Source of the DNA: Zootoca vivipara
Taxonomy: Eukaryota
Assembly: GCF_963506605.1 (NCBI RefSeq)
Contig: NC_083281.1
Coordinates: 47,120,001 to 47,184,000, forward strand
Length of the DNA: 64,000 nucleotides
Direction: 5' to 3'
Shown here: one piece after another, positions 1 to 13,059 of the stretch
Position numbering within the stretch: position 1 is the first letter of the stretch
Layout: every line of letters starts with the position of its first letter
Program-made: the position numbers and the translations under genes
Notes under the pieces: model-generated
What the model was told of the DNA's origin: nothing
What the model saw: only the letters and a program-made list of their open reading frames with translations
The model's database searches: none

Positions 1-1412
1 AAGTCAGCAAATGGCAGGCGAGACAGTAAGATTTTGATTCTGGAGCAATGTCAAGGGGGTCACCATTAGTCTGCATGCAAAGGACTCTGCCAACTTAGGG
101 CTTAAGGTGCCTGAATGCCAAAGGCTTCACCAAACAGAGTCAGGATGGTCTGCAGCACAGGCAGAATCCTGGGCCCCTAAGCCTATAGCTTTGCAGGCAG
201 ATAACCAGTGCCTGGTGTGCAGCTCCTGGGGCCAGTACAGTCAGACACCTTCATAGGGCTGTGCTGCCTTCTTAGGAGCAAAGTCCTTCCAAGATAGTAG
301 TTTTATTTGAAGAGAGATCTCTGGCTTTGGGGAAATTTGAAACCCAACACCTGCTGGCTGTTGCTGAATCCTGCTCCTTGCCCACAGCTCCCTTTTTCCA
401 CTTGTCATTTCCCACATCAGAGAGCGCCTTTAAAAGGGAAGACCCTTGTGCTCATGCATTGCTGCTGAGCAATAAAAAACCCCTTTATTCTCTCTCCTGC
501 ACATGAAAGAGCCCCTACCCAGCAGGCACTGTCTGCCTCTTAAGACATGGGCAATCTGACAAAAGGAGAGCAGGGGCATCCCAGCTTGGCTGGCCATCTG
601 TGGCTGGCTGCTGTCCAGTGGGTGAAGGGGGTGGGGAGGGGCCAGGAAGTGAGAAGCTGCTGAGATGGAGCTGCCCTGTGAGAGTCGCAGCACCAGATAG
701 GACAATTAGTGCCTTGTGTGCATCCACAGGCATATCTGCTCCACTTGTTCTGGCTAACGGGGCTCTTGCCTTGTAGACAGATTTAATGTTGGGACAGTGA
801 GATTCTTCCACTTGCCCAGATTGACCCATGCAGTCTGCAAGTATACCCCAACAACCAGCAGGCCCCAAGAAGAGAACCGAGCAAGAACTGTGGCAGAAAG
901 GAGCAGGTGCTTTGTGTCTGCAGGCTGGGAGAAAATTGCTCCCTCTCCAAATATGGTGACGAGGCAGCAGCTCCAGCAAGGAGTTATCTTGAGTGGATTA
1001 TCCAGAACATTGGCAGGAGATAGAACCACCAAGTTCTCAATGCTGCAATGCAGAGGAAAACTGCCATTCTGTTCCAGGGATTGGCGACAACTGAAGGTGG
1101 GTCTGGCATTGCAACAGGAGGGACGGCACCTAAAATTATCAGCATGTGGAAGCTTTTAGTTATTAAAACCTCCACTGCCCTGAAAGGACTTACCCTCCTG
1201 AGTCTTTTAGAGACCAATCTAGGACTTGACACAGAATAAAAGCAAAGACAGTCACTTCTCAAATCTCTCCACCTAGGGAAATCCACGGCTGCTTCACCTG
1301 GGGGCAAGACCCTCACAATGCCCCCCCCACTTCTACACCATTAAAACTCACAGCTAACCAAGGTTTGTGTACTTACCAGTCTCCCCACCCTAGTGCTGTG
1401 AGTCACTTGGAG

Positions 1413-1502
1413 CATAGCTGCCAAGTTTTCCCTTTTCTCGCGAGGAAGCCTATTCAGCATAAGGGAATTTCCCTTAAAAAAAGGGAGAACTTGGCAGCTA
1501 TG
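1413..1502. mobile_element. 90-bp hAT-type MITE
   Basis: TIR CATAGCTGCCAAGTT / AACTTGGCAGCTATG; 8-bp TSD acttggag. Confidence 0.8.
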
Positions 1503-2113
1503 ACTTGGAGACATAAAAGGGCTATTTTTTTTACTAACTGCAGGAGCTGTGAGCTTTTCCTTTTTTTACTGGATTGAGTGTGTTTTTGCTAGGGTTCCTT
1601 AAAGAGGAAATCCATGTGAGCTACAAGAGCTCCATAGGTCACCACTAGTCAAGCAGTCAATGCAGAAACCTCTTCGTCCATGTACCTTCAACACCCCAAG
1701 GTCTGACAGAAGGCAAGCCTTACAACGCAAGGCCCTAGAACTGCCCGTGATTCTGACCTTTCAGGGCTGCCCCTCCATTAACCAGTGTACCTTACAGAGT
1801 TTAGAAACACAACAGCAACACCTGCTGGAAGTAAAAGGAACACCACCACATGCATGCTGGAGGCCTGTCAGCAGGCACTGCTGCAGTCATGGTGCTCTCC
1901 TTAGGATGAAACTAAGGGAGGGGGCTTCTGTTGCTGTTCTTCGAGCTAATCTATTCTGGTCCAGCCACAACATCAGCCAGGTACACAATTTAGTGTTACA
2001 GCATTTACAGTAACGGCTGCACAACTTCCTCACGTGTGTGTGTGAGAGTGGAAACATTCTGGCCATCTCTAAAGCAATTTGTGATGTTTTGGTTGATCCT
2101 AACAAATGTATTA

Positions 2114-2474
2114 GGGACCCAGGTGGCGCTGTGGGTTAAACCACAGAGTCTAGGGCTTGCTGATCAGAAGGTCGGCAGTTCGAATCCCTGCAACGGGGTG
2201 AGCTCCTGTTGCTCGGTCCCAGCTCCTGCCCACCTAGCAGTTCGAAAGCACATCAAAGTGCAAGTAGATAAATAGGGACCGCTCCGGCGGGAAGGTAAAC
2301 GGCGTTTCCGTGCGCTGCTCTGGTTCGCCAGAAGCAGCTTTGTCATGCTGGCCACATGACCCGGAAGCTGTCTGTGGACAAACGCCGGCTCCCTCGGCCT
2401 CTAGAGCGAGATGAGCGCCGCAACCCCAGAGTCGGACACGACTGGACCTGATGGTCAGGGGCCCCTTTACCTTT
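2114..2474 (+). mobile_element. Sauria SINE, full length
   Basis: tRNA-like head (GGTGGCGCTGTGG A-box, GTTCGAATCCC B-box), ACCTTT tail, ~15-bp TSD taacaaatgtattag. Confidence 0.9.
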
Positions 2475-4007
2475 AACAAATGTATTAGCCTCCTGCCCAC
2501 TCTTGGCTTTTGGTCTGAAAGACCAGCCAGCAAGACTACCTGTGCTGAGTACAGACTGTCAATAATCCTTCAGCTCAGAATTCTGGTTATTTTAGGTCAC
2601 CCATTTTAAGCTAAGTGGAGGAAGTGGGTTGGACTGGATGGCCCTTGTGGTCTCTTCCAACTCTATGGTTCTAAGTGGAAGATAAAGGGCATCACATGAC
2701 AAGCTGAGTGGCAACTCTACCCACACTTGCATTTTGACAGATGGGGAGTCATGGGAGCACCTCCACTGCTTGAAACTCAGAAAGGGCAAAGGGTATGTTG
2801 CACCGTGAATCTCTCCCCACCCCCCTTAGAGAAGGGGTAGATATCCTGCCGTCCTCCAGATGTTCCACAGCTGCAACACCCATCCTCCCTTATTGGCCAT
2901 GCCTACTGAGGCTGATGGGAGTTCAACAAATTATGGAGTCCCCTCCCCACAGAGATGAGCCTGCCACCTTCACTATAGTCTCAGGGAATTATGAAGAAAC
3001 ACCTCTTTTGATACCAGAGATGTGTGTTTGGAGGACCCACCCTATTATTGTGACTGTAATTTGCATTAATTGCTTTAATACTGAATTGTCAATTGCTGTA
3101 ACCAACCCTTGGACCTGGTGAAGCAAGGGGAGTAAGTTTAGTAACAATATTTGTAAGGCTGAGGCTGCTGGAAAGCGCCCCCCCCCCCCAGGAGGCCACT
3201 TTGCCCTGATTTCCCAGCCCCTTCCTTGGACTGATGCCACCAGCAAGGGAAGGCAGCCAACCTAGTCCCTTGTCAAATCTCCCTAGCTTTCCGCTTTCGC
3301 CTTTCCTAGAGAAGCTTCAGATGCAGCCATTCCCCTGCCCACTTTACAGAAGTCATTAAAAGCACCAAGGCAGAATTTTGTTTTTCAAGGGGGCAAAACA
3401 TGCTCCCGGTTCCCTTCATCAGCTGTGTGCACTGCACTGTGAATTTTCACACCACATGACCAGGAAAGAGAAAGGGGATTCTACTGAGGTTTATGCCCAA
3501 GAAATCAGATCTGACAGTTCAGAACTTTGGCTACCATCCCTCCTTATCTCCTTGGCACTCAAGCAGGAGACACACACTGACACTTGACAATGAAGGGGAC
3601 AAGGCAGGCCAGGTACAATACCACAGGGAATCAATTCACCTTCAGGGGAGCCTGTGATGCATAAGGCCTCCCTCAGCATGCAGTAACCAAGAACAGCCTT
3701 ACAAAGAAAATCAAATATTTAATAGCAGCTTCCAGAAGGGGAGGAGCCCACACATATTTGGAGCATACATGAAAAAAAGATATGAACAGCAAAGAAGAAA
3801 AACCACTGGCATCCGAGGGGGGTGGGGGGCACAAGGATCTCAGAACTGCTCCAACAGAGTTGTCTGCATGCAGTCAGGATCAAGCCCCATAACTCAAGTT
3901 TGCTCTGGAGTTGATTTTAAAGTGCAAGCTTGATCGTGCATCATCTCGCTCACACAAAACAATGACATGGTTAGTTGTCCTGTGTCCCAGCATTTTAGAT
4001 ACCAACT

Positions 4008-4013
4008 TTTATT
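4008..4013 (-). terminator. CFAP20: CFAP20 polyadenylation signal (AATAAA)
   Basis: tttatt on + strand, ~110 nt after the stop; a second candidate ATTAAA lies at 3718-3723. Confidence 0.55.
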
Positions 4014-4122
4014 AAATAAAGTTACCCTATGTAAATCAACATTAAATTTTGTTTTTAATTAAAAAAAAACCTCTTCCATCTCTCTTCACAGTGTCTCTCT
4101 CAGCGTGTTTACCAATGTGACA

Positions 4123-4128
4123 TCATTG
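4123..4128 (-). CDS. CFAP20: CFAP20 last coding exon (Q-stop)
   Basis: ttccccctgcag|CAA TGA; AATAAA follows at 4008-4013 on the minus strand. Confidence 0.85.
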   Translation of the reverse strand, partial: Q

Positions 4129-7100
4129 CTGCAGGGGGAAAGATGCAGAGAAAGACAAAGTTATTCAAAAGTTCACATTCATTCAAAGGGCATTCGGATC
4201 TCTCTTATTGCAGCAATATCCCTCACCAGCAGGCTCTCTGCCTGTGTGTGCATGTGCATGAGACAAGAGATTTGTCCAAGGCCCCCTGCTAGAACACAGC
4301 TGAACTGACACCTGAAATCCAATTTCCCAAGGCTCAACTTTCATAGCATTCCTTCTTTAGAACTCACTCCTTAGAGAGACTCACCTTTAGGCACCAGGTG
4401 CAGACCTTTTAAGATCAACTAGTTTATAGGTTTTAACATTGGGACATTTATCTGCTCCACTTTGTTCTGATGCTATATTGCAGCATATGTTGTTTGAATG
4501 TATATCAGTTGCTCTGTGAACCTGACAGCTAAGGAGATTATGCTGCAAGCAGCCATCTCTAAGTTTCCATGCAGTCCACCCATAAGGCTCTCTTACTCTC
4601 TCTTGGCATCAGTTGCCCTCACTTCCAGCAGCCATGGGGAACCTCCAGCCTGTGGGCCTAGTTAGGCCCCCAGACACCCCTGTTTGGTCCATGAGGCCAT
4701 TTTGACCAAGCCATGTCCATGTTTCCTACCGAGATAGGACTCCAGGGAAGGGGCAGGTAGAGATGTAGCACCAATCAGATTAATTGGCAGCAGCTGCAAA
4801 GCTGCATGCAAAACACTGTGCCTCCCATGGCTTCACAACTCAGGCGATCAGCTGGTTGTTGGGGCTTTCTATGCACATTGACTTCACAAGGTCAGCTGAA
4901 AGTTGGCACTTTACAGGTTGTGCCTTTGCTCATCCTATTTGATTTCAAATTGTGTGGGCAAAAGTGGGTCATTCGATGAGTCAACAGCCAACCTGTCAGA
5001 CTTGGCTTGGGGAGGGTGGAAGATAAAGATGCATTCTTGCCCTCCAAATCCAGTGCTCCACTCCAACCGTCTCTGCTCCCAAACTAGCTTAACAAGCACT
5101 TTCTGAGAGTGCAAACTCCTGCCCCCCCCCATCCTCCAGCAGCTGCTCACCTTGGCCTTGTTCTGGACTGGGATATAAAGCTTGAACTCAGCAGGAAGCT
5201 CATCCTCAGAGTAGAGTCTGTCAGAGAAATAAATTCTGCGGATGCGACAGTTTGCGTGGATCTGAAAAGTGAAGCATGTCCAAGAAGGGTGTTTCAGCAG
5301 CAGTCATTTCAAAGCATCCTGACAGCTACCAGCCCACCCCCCCCCCCAAACCAAATGAATGCTATCCCATTTTGCTATAAACCTAATCAGCTAGGAAGTC
5401 ATTTTGGTACAGTCTCAGATTTGGGTTTTATGACAGGTAAGAAATTTTATATATAAATACTAACATACATATATACAATGCATGTGTTTCAGAACAACCT
5501 CCGAAGAGAGATCAGGCCCAGGGATAAAAGAAAACAGTCAAATCTGCTAATTGACACTTGTGGGCCTTGAATTTCCAGTGTTAACTCTGAATGCTGATCT
5601 CCCCCATGTTAACTGAAGACCCCAGCAGTTGCCACTGCTAACTATGGAGGGACTTAAGCAGGGACCCACAATGGCTCTTTCTTCACAAGGCCAACCACGC
5701 AAATCAGCAACTGAAATGCAAGTGTCACAGCTGTCAGAACACACAGCTCCTTACCTGGACTCGCAGGGTTTCAATGTAGTTGGTACCGTACGCTCGTCGA
5801 GTGAAGTCAGAGAGGTTGAACTGGATCTGGTTCCAGCCATCGTCCAGGCGCATAGGCATGGTGCAGATGAAAGGCTTGACGCGGGTGGTGCTCTGGTAAT
5901 TGCTGGCACGGAACCGTCGGCGCACATTTTTATCATCTAACACCTAACACAGAAAAACACACCACTGTTGGAAAACGGGGGGCTGCAGATGTCAAGCCTG
6001 CAGTCCCCTAACCTTACTGACAAGAATACTAGGCAGTCTGCCTTCAGCTCCCCTGGAGGGAGGGGCCCGCAGAATAAGCAGTGTCAGGCTAGGCAAGGAC
6101 CTGACTGAAGTGCTGGAGAGGAACTCTCCCAGAAAGGCTGAACTGAGGGTTGGAGTAACAGATGGATCTCAGAGACTGAGTACCTCTGAGCAAGTCACCT
6201 TTTATACAATAGGAACAACCATCTCATGATTTTAGATGGGAAGACCAATGACTTTGCCCACTAATGCTGTCATGTTCTGGACCTGCTGTGTTAGCTCCAT
6301 GAACTAACCTGTACTTCAAAGGTGAAGTATTTCTTCAGGTTCTTGATTATCATCACCAAAAAGGGTAATTTGATCCCCAGCGTCTTCTTTGGGTCAGCAG
6401 GACATGTGATGTATGTGGTACTGTGGGAGAGAGAAACAGAATGAGCAAGACTGCATGACTTGCAGGAGAAGCAGGGCCTACTGAGAGCATCTCATCTCTC
6501 AAGGCTTCAAAATTCAGGTGCAGGATCCACATCAGCAGAATCCATTTGTTTGAAATATTTCTACAAGCATTTCAGGATTCTCTAAAAGCTTATATACTAA
6601 TATTTCTGCTTCCCTACGGAGCAGGATTGGGGAAACAGCCCCAGGGACCAAATGTGGTCCTCCAACCTTCTCATCCAACCCTTGGAACTCTCTCCAGGCC
6701 ACAAACCCTCACTGACCCTGCTCCGCACCCTCCTCAAGCACCTTTCCCTGTCAGGAAAGCATCCTATGCATTATATGATATGCGACAATACCTCTTCCCT
6801 GCCTGGATTGAAAATTGAGAAAAGCTTGTGTTGAAACTCTTAACTTTTGCATGGCTGGAAGGTATCCGGCTCTACTAAGTCACCTCTGTTGGTATGCCCA
6901 GGTTTACCTCTAGTAGCCCCTGGAAGTTTACGCACCATGGAACGCAGCTCTCAGGCTGAGAAAGGTTCTCCATCCCAGCAGCTGTAGGGAAAGCTCCTGC
7001 CACATGGGAGACTTTCTGGCCTGAGGGCCACATGCATCCAGCCCATTCAAAGCATAACAACAGATAAATTGCCACAATGGGCTCCTCCAATCCCAGACTC

Positions 7101-8467
7101 ATCATTACCAAGGATGGGAGCAAGGAGCTGTTTCCATAGTCACTATACACTTGCGTGGTTTTGATGGCTTCTCAGCTGAGAAAGCTCCTAATCTCTGTGA
7201 GGAAACTGGAGCTGGGAATCAATCCCATGATGCTTTTCAATGTCTAATTCTCAATGGGACATTAGGAAAGCATAGACGTGGTTCCTCTTTACCTGACATT
7301 GGTCCCTTCAATCTCCAACACCAATGACTGAATATCATTATCTGTAATTCTTTTGATGTGGCCATTCCGCACCTAGAAGGTGAGAATGAAATAGGACATT
7401 ACTCAATTAAGCAGATAACTTTCTTGCTTCAAATAGCATCTGAAATCCCTACCAGGAAGACACACTTCTGAATTAGAAGTGCAGGCTTCATCCTGTTCTC
7501 ACAATGGCCAAACATATTCCCATGGAAAGCCCACAAGCAGGACATAAAAACAACAGAACTCTGTCTACTTGCAGTTCCTAGCAACTGGTACTATAGTGGA
7601 GGCAGTATACAACCACTGCAGCTAGTAGTCATTGCTATACTAATTCGCCATGAATTCAGCTTAATCCTTTTTTAAAGCTGCCCAAGTCAGGGACCATCAT
7701 TACATTATGTGGTACAACTCCCACCATCCATTACCACTGGCCACATTGAATAGGCCTGATGGAAACTGGCATCCAAAACATATGGAGGGCACCTAGTTGG
7801 GGAAGTTATGACCTAGAGAGTAATCTGCTTAGCCACTGAGGGAAATAGGCTGCAAAGCTATTTGGTCTGATCCAACAGGGCTCTTTTCAGCTGTAGTAGG
7901 AAGGGAAAATGAGGCTTTCTGCTTCCAGTCAATTGGAAATGGGACCACCAGGCATGAAGCACTGCTAGACCACCCTAAGATGTCAGGGGCCCAAGGGACA
8001 GTGGAGGGGCTTCCAAAGAAATGGGGCTACAAACGAGGAGGGAACCCAAGAGGATCTCTCCCCAAACAGGTGCCCTCCAGATTGTTCTCCCATCAGCCCC
8101 AACCAAACACAGTAATACGACGCTGGGGCCGACGGGAGTTGTAGTCCAAAAGAGCCCGGATGTTCCCCAGAACTGGCTCGGGCTTCCTTCGAGCATGCGA
8201 AGCCTGAGCGAGGAAGCGAGGCTGGCTGGCTCCGGGGTTCTCCCTGGCGGCGCCACAAGCCCTGAAGAGAGCCCTTGTAGGCCAACCCTTGAAGGCCAAC
8301 CCTCTAGCAGCCATGAGGACTAGAAACCCTCTCGTAGAAACGCCCCCCAGGCCAGGTAGGCCAGGACTAGCTCCCTCCGCCACCTTCTTGTCCCAGATCT
8401 GCAGCGGTTTGCTCCCGATGCTGTAGAGCACGGACAGGAAGCCGCTCTGGAACGTGTTCTTGAACAT
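4123..8467 (-). CDS. CFAP20: Cilia- and flagella-associated protein 20 (spliced CDS, 6 exons, 193 aa)
   Basis: join complement(8384-8467,7293-7372,6309-6420,5755-5943,5151-5261,4123-4128) = 582 nt, all GT-AG. Translates [28 protein letters not shown]...[11 protein letters not shown], nearly identical to vertebrate CFAP20. Confidence 0.98.
5151..5261 (-). CDS. CFAP20: CFAP20 coding exon 5
   Basis: [37 protein letters not shown]; 111 nt. Confidence 0.96.
5755..5943 (-). CDS. CFAP20: CFAP20 coding exon 4
   Basis: [63 protein letters not shown]; 189 nt. Confidence 0.97.
6309..6420 (-). CDS. CFAP20: CFAP20 coding exon 3
   Basis: [37 protein letters not shown]; 112 nt. Confidence 0.96.
7293..7372 (-). 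CDS. CFAP20: CFAP20 coding exon 2
   Basis: [26 protein letters not shown](S); ctag acceptor, gtaaag donor; 80 nt. Confidence 0.96.
8384..8467 (-). CDS. CFAP20: CFAP20 coding exon 1
   Basis: [28 protein letters not shown], then GT donor. Confidence 0.97.
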
Positions 8468-8812
8468 CCCGCCGCCGCCGCCGCGTCGCGGGTAGGGAGG
8501 GCTCGCTCCGCCGGGCGGGTGAGAGGGCGTTGGGCTGCCTCCTCAGCCGCCGCCGCCGCCGCGCGCGTCTCTCGCTCTTCTCAGTGAGTCCTATGCGGAA
8601 GGACACATGCTCCCTCTCACTGTGCACTTCGTCCCCGCGCGACTGGAAGAGCGCTCCGCCAGCCAGCTAAAGCGAGGCTCAAAGGGCCAACCGGACATCA
8701 CGCCGAAGCCACGCCCCCCGTCGTTAAGGGACGGACTACTTTCCGGACGGGACTAGTTGCCGGCCTCTTTCTCGCTCTCTAGGCGCCGTGTGTTGTCGCG
8801 CAGCTCGTGCGC

Positions 8813-8826
8813 GTTGCCTGGGCAAC
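8813..8826. promoter_or_regulatory. RFX X-box in the CFAP20 CpG-island promoter
   Basis: GTTGCCTGGGCAAC, near-perfect palindromic X-box ~350 bp upstream of the ATG; a GC-box lies at ~8708-8719. Confidence 0.75.
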
Positions 8827-9396
8827 GGGGCGGGACGAGGGAACTACCTCACCGCGTCCGCTTACTCCGTAGATCGGAAAAGTGCAGAGACGACCATTCA
8901 GTAGTTTCTAGTGGAGCTCTGAAACTCCCTTGTCTCTTGCTTGTTTGCCTTCCTCCAACTTCCAACTCACTTCCCTTGAGAGCTGACCCCCAAAACCACT
9001 TCAGAGAAATTCGTTGCATAACCCAGCTTGTGCAGCAACCCCGCTACCTTCAATCATCCCCTCGTTAAACTCAGTGGGGTATACTGTACTGTGTAGGCAT
9101 ACAGAGCTGCACTCTTCCTGTAAAATATGATTTGCTTATTTTAATCTTTTAAGCAGTTCAAAGCTGCCCTCCCTATTTGTTCCCATTCATGACCCTCAGC
9201 TGTTGATACCCAGCAGGATGCTACCACCTCTGTAACCTGGAGGTCATAGGAAGCCATCATGGGCCAACAGCCTCCTCTATAAATTTGCCTTTAAATTGTG
9301 ATCACTCGCTTGGATAGCTTAAAAGGAAATTAGAAAAATGCATGCAGAAGCAGATCATGTGACCACTATTCACAATAGCTATATTATCACCTACAG

Positions 9397-9644
9397 CAGT
9401 GCTCCCCAACCTTTTTATCGCCGCGGACCAGTCAACATTTGATCATTTTACTGTGGCCCACTGAGGGGGGAAAATTGATTGTTTTGCGGCCCGCTGAGGG
9501 GGGGACGTTGATTTTTTATATTTTATTTAGATTGTTTTGATTTAATATTTTTAATTTAATTGTATTTAATGTTCCTTGGGCGGCCCGGTACCAATTGATC
9601 CACGGACCACTACCGGTCCGTGGCCCGGGGGTTGAAGACCACTG
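9397..9644. mobile_element. hAT-type MITE
   Basis: TIR CAGTGCTCCCCAACC / GGTTGAAGACCACTG; 8-bp TSD acctacag. Confidence 0.8.
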
Positions 9645-11209
9645 ACCTACAGGATCACAGCTTCTAAGTACCAGTTTCTGGAGAAAACACTTTGAGAGAG
9701 CTTCTATTACAGTATTATGATTATCACTAATTTGTTACCTGCCTTTCACCAACAGGTCCCAGGGCGGGGTAAAGCAATTTGAAATTCAGGATTTGAAACA
9801 GATTACAGTCACCAGAATAGGGTGGGTTCTGAAAATGCACATCAACATTGTGTCATAGGCCAGGTTAAAGATGTGTGTTTTCAGCATTCCCTAAAAGCTG
9901 TATAGTGAAGGTGTCAGATGCAAATCTGTGTGGATGGAATTCCACAACTTAAGGAACACCACAGAGAATTGTCTTCTCTTGGGCTGCTGCCACCTCTGAA
10001 CTTCCTCAGGAGTGGAACTATGAAGAGGGGCCCCTCTGCCCACCTTAGCACCCACAATGGTCTCTAGAGAACAAGCTGGCCTTTTCACTATTTGGGCCTG
10101 AGTCATTTAGGGCTTTAAATGCTAACATGAGAACTTTGAATTAAGACAGGAAACAAATTGGCAGCTAATGTAGCTGTCTTAGAATAAGGGTTGAGTTCTA
10201 AAAGCAACCCCAACCAATAATATGATCGCAGTTTGGACCAGTTGAGGTTTCTGAGTAGTCTTCAAGGGCAGCCCCACATAGAGTGCATTGCAATAATTTA
10301 GTATGGAATTTAGAGCATGGAGTGTTTTTTAATACATAAAAAAGAAAGCTGGGAGGGTGGAGACACCTCAAAACCACCCAATGAGGATTGAATGAAAAGA
10401 GTTATTGTAGAATGTGGAGGAGGAACATAAATTGGGGTGGGGAATGGTAGAATGGACTATCAGGAATCCCAAACTGTAATAGTTCATGCTGCCCCATATT
10501 TTGTTGTACATCCACTTGTTTCCTGATTGCAGAGAAAACAGCCATGACCAATGCAAAAGAGGGCAGCATCAGCAAGCAAGTGGCAAGGTTCTCAGATGTG
10601 TGTGCTTAAACCTTGATTAGGACTGCTAGGCAAAGATATCCAAACTGTGCAGTCTTTTGCTTCTGGAGACTTTCCCCAGTTTTCTTTTGCCTGGCAAGCT
10701 GTGCCCAGCTGCTGTTTCAAGTCCACTCTGCTCTCTGGATGCTGGCAATAGCAAGATTTCTTCAACCATAGATTCCTTATGCTTGCCCCTTCCTCACCCC
10801 ACCAGTTTCCCTGCCTCTCAGACATGTTTGTTGTTTCCTTTCCTTTCAATTAGTCAGCACTCAATTAGTCAACACTTGCTGCAGTTATCCCAAAAGGAAA
10901 GCTGTCTGTTTTTAGAAATGTTAGAACCCAGGGTGGCAATTGGATTTTGGCTGAGGGCACCTTATCAGCTTCCATGTTCTCACCTGCACCAGTCAAAAGA
11001 AGCTTGTAGGCTCACTCTATCTTTAAGGAACTTCCCACACAAATCAGTGTAAACTGCTGTCATCTTCAGATGAAGGGCAGTATAAAAAATTAATTAAAAA
11101 AAAACACCTTATTATTATTGTTGTTGTTTTATGTTTCTGTACTGACATTTCAAGCCATAAAGCTATTTTACTTACCATCCACCATTATGTGTAAACAAAC
11201 ATTTTAGTT

Positions 11210-11344
11210 CAGTGTATCTGAAGAAGTGTGCATGCACACGAAAGCTTATACTAAGATCAAACTAAGTTTGTCTCTAAGGTGCTACTGGACAATTTTTACA
11301 TATATATATTTCGACTGTGTCAGACCAACATGGTTACCTACCTG
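11210..11344 (+). mobile_element. Short Penelope-like (hammerhead-bearing) retroelement
   Basis: Homologous to 40210-40379 and 43424-43556; flanked by 9-bp direct repeat attttagtt. Confidence 0.7.
11214..11251 (+). ncRNA. Minimal hammerhead ribozyme motif (Penelope-like element type), copy 1
   Basis: GTAT-CTGAAGA-A-GTGTG CATG CACAC-GAA-AGCT-T-ATAC. Confidence 0.7.
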
Positions 11345-12491
11345 ATTTTAGTTATAGTGACATTTGTAGCTTTTGCTACAAATTTAAAATTTGTAGTGAC
11401 ATACAGCAAAAACCACAGGGTCACCACAATAAGAATCACAAAAGTTGTATCTCAGTGAACACAAGTACAAGATTTAATTTGTGTGGATAGACACACAAGC
11501 AGATCCGTTAACAGGAGTGTCTGGACAACAGAGAGGGTGAAATGCTAAAGGAGGCAGTAATGCACTCTTTATTGGGGGGGAAACAGTATCCAGTTGGATC
11601 CCCGCCCCCTGATTTAAATAATTGCCTTCAAGTTAAAAACAAGGCATTGCAGCATGTGTTCCAGACCTCAGAAGCAACTTAGTATTCCAGTAGCAGGTTG
11701 AGTTATAGTACTGAGCAAGAAGAGCTCCTTCACAATAAGGCTATTCCAACCATTCACAAGAGGGGAAGCAGCCCTCCTAAACTGTTCTCTCTCTCCTATG
11801 GTCCAGGCACTGCTTTACCCTCTAGACTGCCTGCTTGGCATTCTTTGTTGCTAGAGATAGCCAATGGCTTCCCGAATGCTTAGACATGAATTTGTGAGAG
11901 GCAGATTACATACTTGGGGAGTATGGCTGATCTTCTGGTGTGTGTGTTTGTGTGCTTGTGGGGAAACATAGAAATGGAAATAGTGAAAGTGTCCAGCATG
12001 TGGCACTGGCAGAGGGAGCGTTCTGCTCTTCCCTTTTTGTGCTCAAGGACTGCTTCCCTGCTTTCCAGGTGCCCTATATTCTTCCAACCAACCCACCCAT
12101 GGAAGGAAAGCAGCCTCTTGCACAGCAGCAGCAGCAGCACCGCTGCATGCAATTTACAGCTCTTTGGGGGTCCTCTCCACTTTAATCTGCACAAACTCCT
12201 CAAACAGGTCAGCCATGGATTGCCAGGCATCATGCCTAGCTCAGCCATACGATGTCAAGGGAATCAAAGGAAAGAAGATACATTTTTTAAAAAAAATGAA
12301 GAAAAAAAATGTGTGATTGATGCCAAGACACTCATGAGCAAATTGTGAAGCCGTTTCTGATTTTCAGGGATAGTGACTATGAGCAGCAAGACATCCCTCC
12401 CTCTTTCTTCTTTCACTTATTTTTTGACCTCCTGCTTTGGAGATCAACCATGAGAGTATCTGAATCATTTTACATATTGATTGGTTTATTG

Positions 12492-12558
12492 CAGGCGTCA
12501 GAAAACTTTTTCAGCAGGGGGCCGTTCCACTGTCCCTCAGACCTTGTGGGGGGCTGGA

Positions 12559-12634
<76 letters not shown>

Positions 12635-12801
12635 GAAATGATCGAATTCCTATGCCCCACAAATAACCCAGAGATGCATTTTAAATAAAAGCACACATTC
12701 TACTCATGTAAAAACATGCTGATTCCCGGACCGTCGGCGGGCCGGATTGAGAAGGTGATTGGGTCAAATCCGGCCCCTGGGCCTTAGTTTGCCTACCCAT
12801 G
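12492..12801. mobile_element. hAT-like MITE containing a (CTAT)n expansion
   Basis: Degenerate TIRs; a related inverted copy at ~43118-43390 has an internal ~60-bp tandem duplication. Confidence 0.6.
12559..12634. repeat. (CTAT)19 microsatellite
   Basis: Perfect tetranucleotide array. Confidence 0.95.
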
Positions 12802-13059
12802 CATTAGGGGTTGGGGAAGAGACCAGGGAGGAATTCTAGGAAGAGGGGGCCTTGACTCTAAATGATTATTGCATGGGAGGAACTCATAGGAAACTTCCAT
12901 TGCTCTTTCTCAACTTTTACTTAATAAAAATTGTGTCTGTCTAGCGGCAGGTCCTGTGGACCTATACAAGGAGACATTTCCCCACCACCCCATGATATTT
13001 GTCCTGTTCCAAAACAGAGGCCTCACTGCATGCCTTCTTCCATCTGTACGACTCTCCAT

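Noticed and set aside
430-2105. Cluster of 60-154 aa ORFs at the window start
   Set aside because: No recognisable domain and no consistent exon chain; lengths are as expected by chance in GC-moderate DNA.
2114-2200. tRNA-like A/B boxes
   Set aside because: Head of a Sauria SINE, not a tRNA gene (same at 27134).
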